Positions 63,733 to 64,000 of a stretch of DNA of 64,000 nucleotides are shown in pieces. Made by a program: the position numbers and the translations under genes. Origin of the DNA: Lytechinus pictus. Taxonomy: Eukaryota. Location of the stretch: the NCBI RefSeq assembly GCF_037042905.1, contig NC_087250.1:12774001-12838000 (forward strand). Direction: 5' to 3'. Each line of letters begins with the position of its first letter. The stretch's first letter is position 1. The notes beneath the pieces were generated by a model, which saw nothing but the letters and a program-made list of their open reading frames with translations, was not told the DNA's origin and made no database searches.

Positions 63733-64000
63733 TTAAATTTAATTGTAACCATGGTTATTAGGGGAACCACAACAAAAGTTTGTTTTAAAAATACCAAGAA
63801 AATCTAATGACAAAACGTTGTTCAAGGTTTGAGGAAATCCATTAAATAAGATTATTAAGAACTTATTAGAATGATAAGTTTTTGATTTGTGAACAAGCAG
63901 CTATTATGTTAGGCAATATAACATGCATTAATTCCATATTTTTTAGTGGTTGGTTAATTTTTCCCCTTTCATGCAGGAGCGGGTGTGAAACGATTTTGTC

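Overview
AT-rich, intron-rich animal genomic DNA. The repeat landscape looks invertebrate-deuterostome/sea-urchin-like, but that is inference only. Three protein-coding genes were built by hand from splice sites. (1) The first coding exon of a THSD7-like thrombospondin-repeat gene (minus strand; runs off the left edge). (2) A complete 23-coding-exon SPT5/SUPT5H gene (minus, 34367->8891, 1087 aa). (3) A complete 12-coding-exon ZC3H4/ZC3H6-like CCCH zinc-finger gene (plus, 38948->58977, ~1430 aa), head-to-head with SPT5. Each gene of the pair carries a minor-spliceosome (U12) intron: GT-AG in SPT5, AT-AC in the ZC3H gene. The most unusual feature is a stop-free, GC-rich, protein-like frame of over 200 codons filling the 3' part of the ZC3H U12 intron. 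It is in frame with the third zinc finger, reads through the U12 branch site and has its own upstream branch/acceptor signals. SPT5 introns hold several decoy duplicates of exon ends and a candidate truncating alternative exon. Introns and intergenic DNA are full of non-autonomous DNA transposons (hAT-, P-, Kolobok-, Harbinger-like), SINE/LINE fragments and simple repeats.
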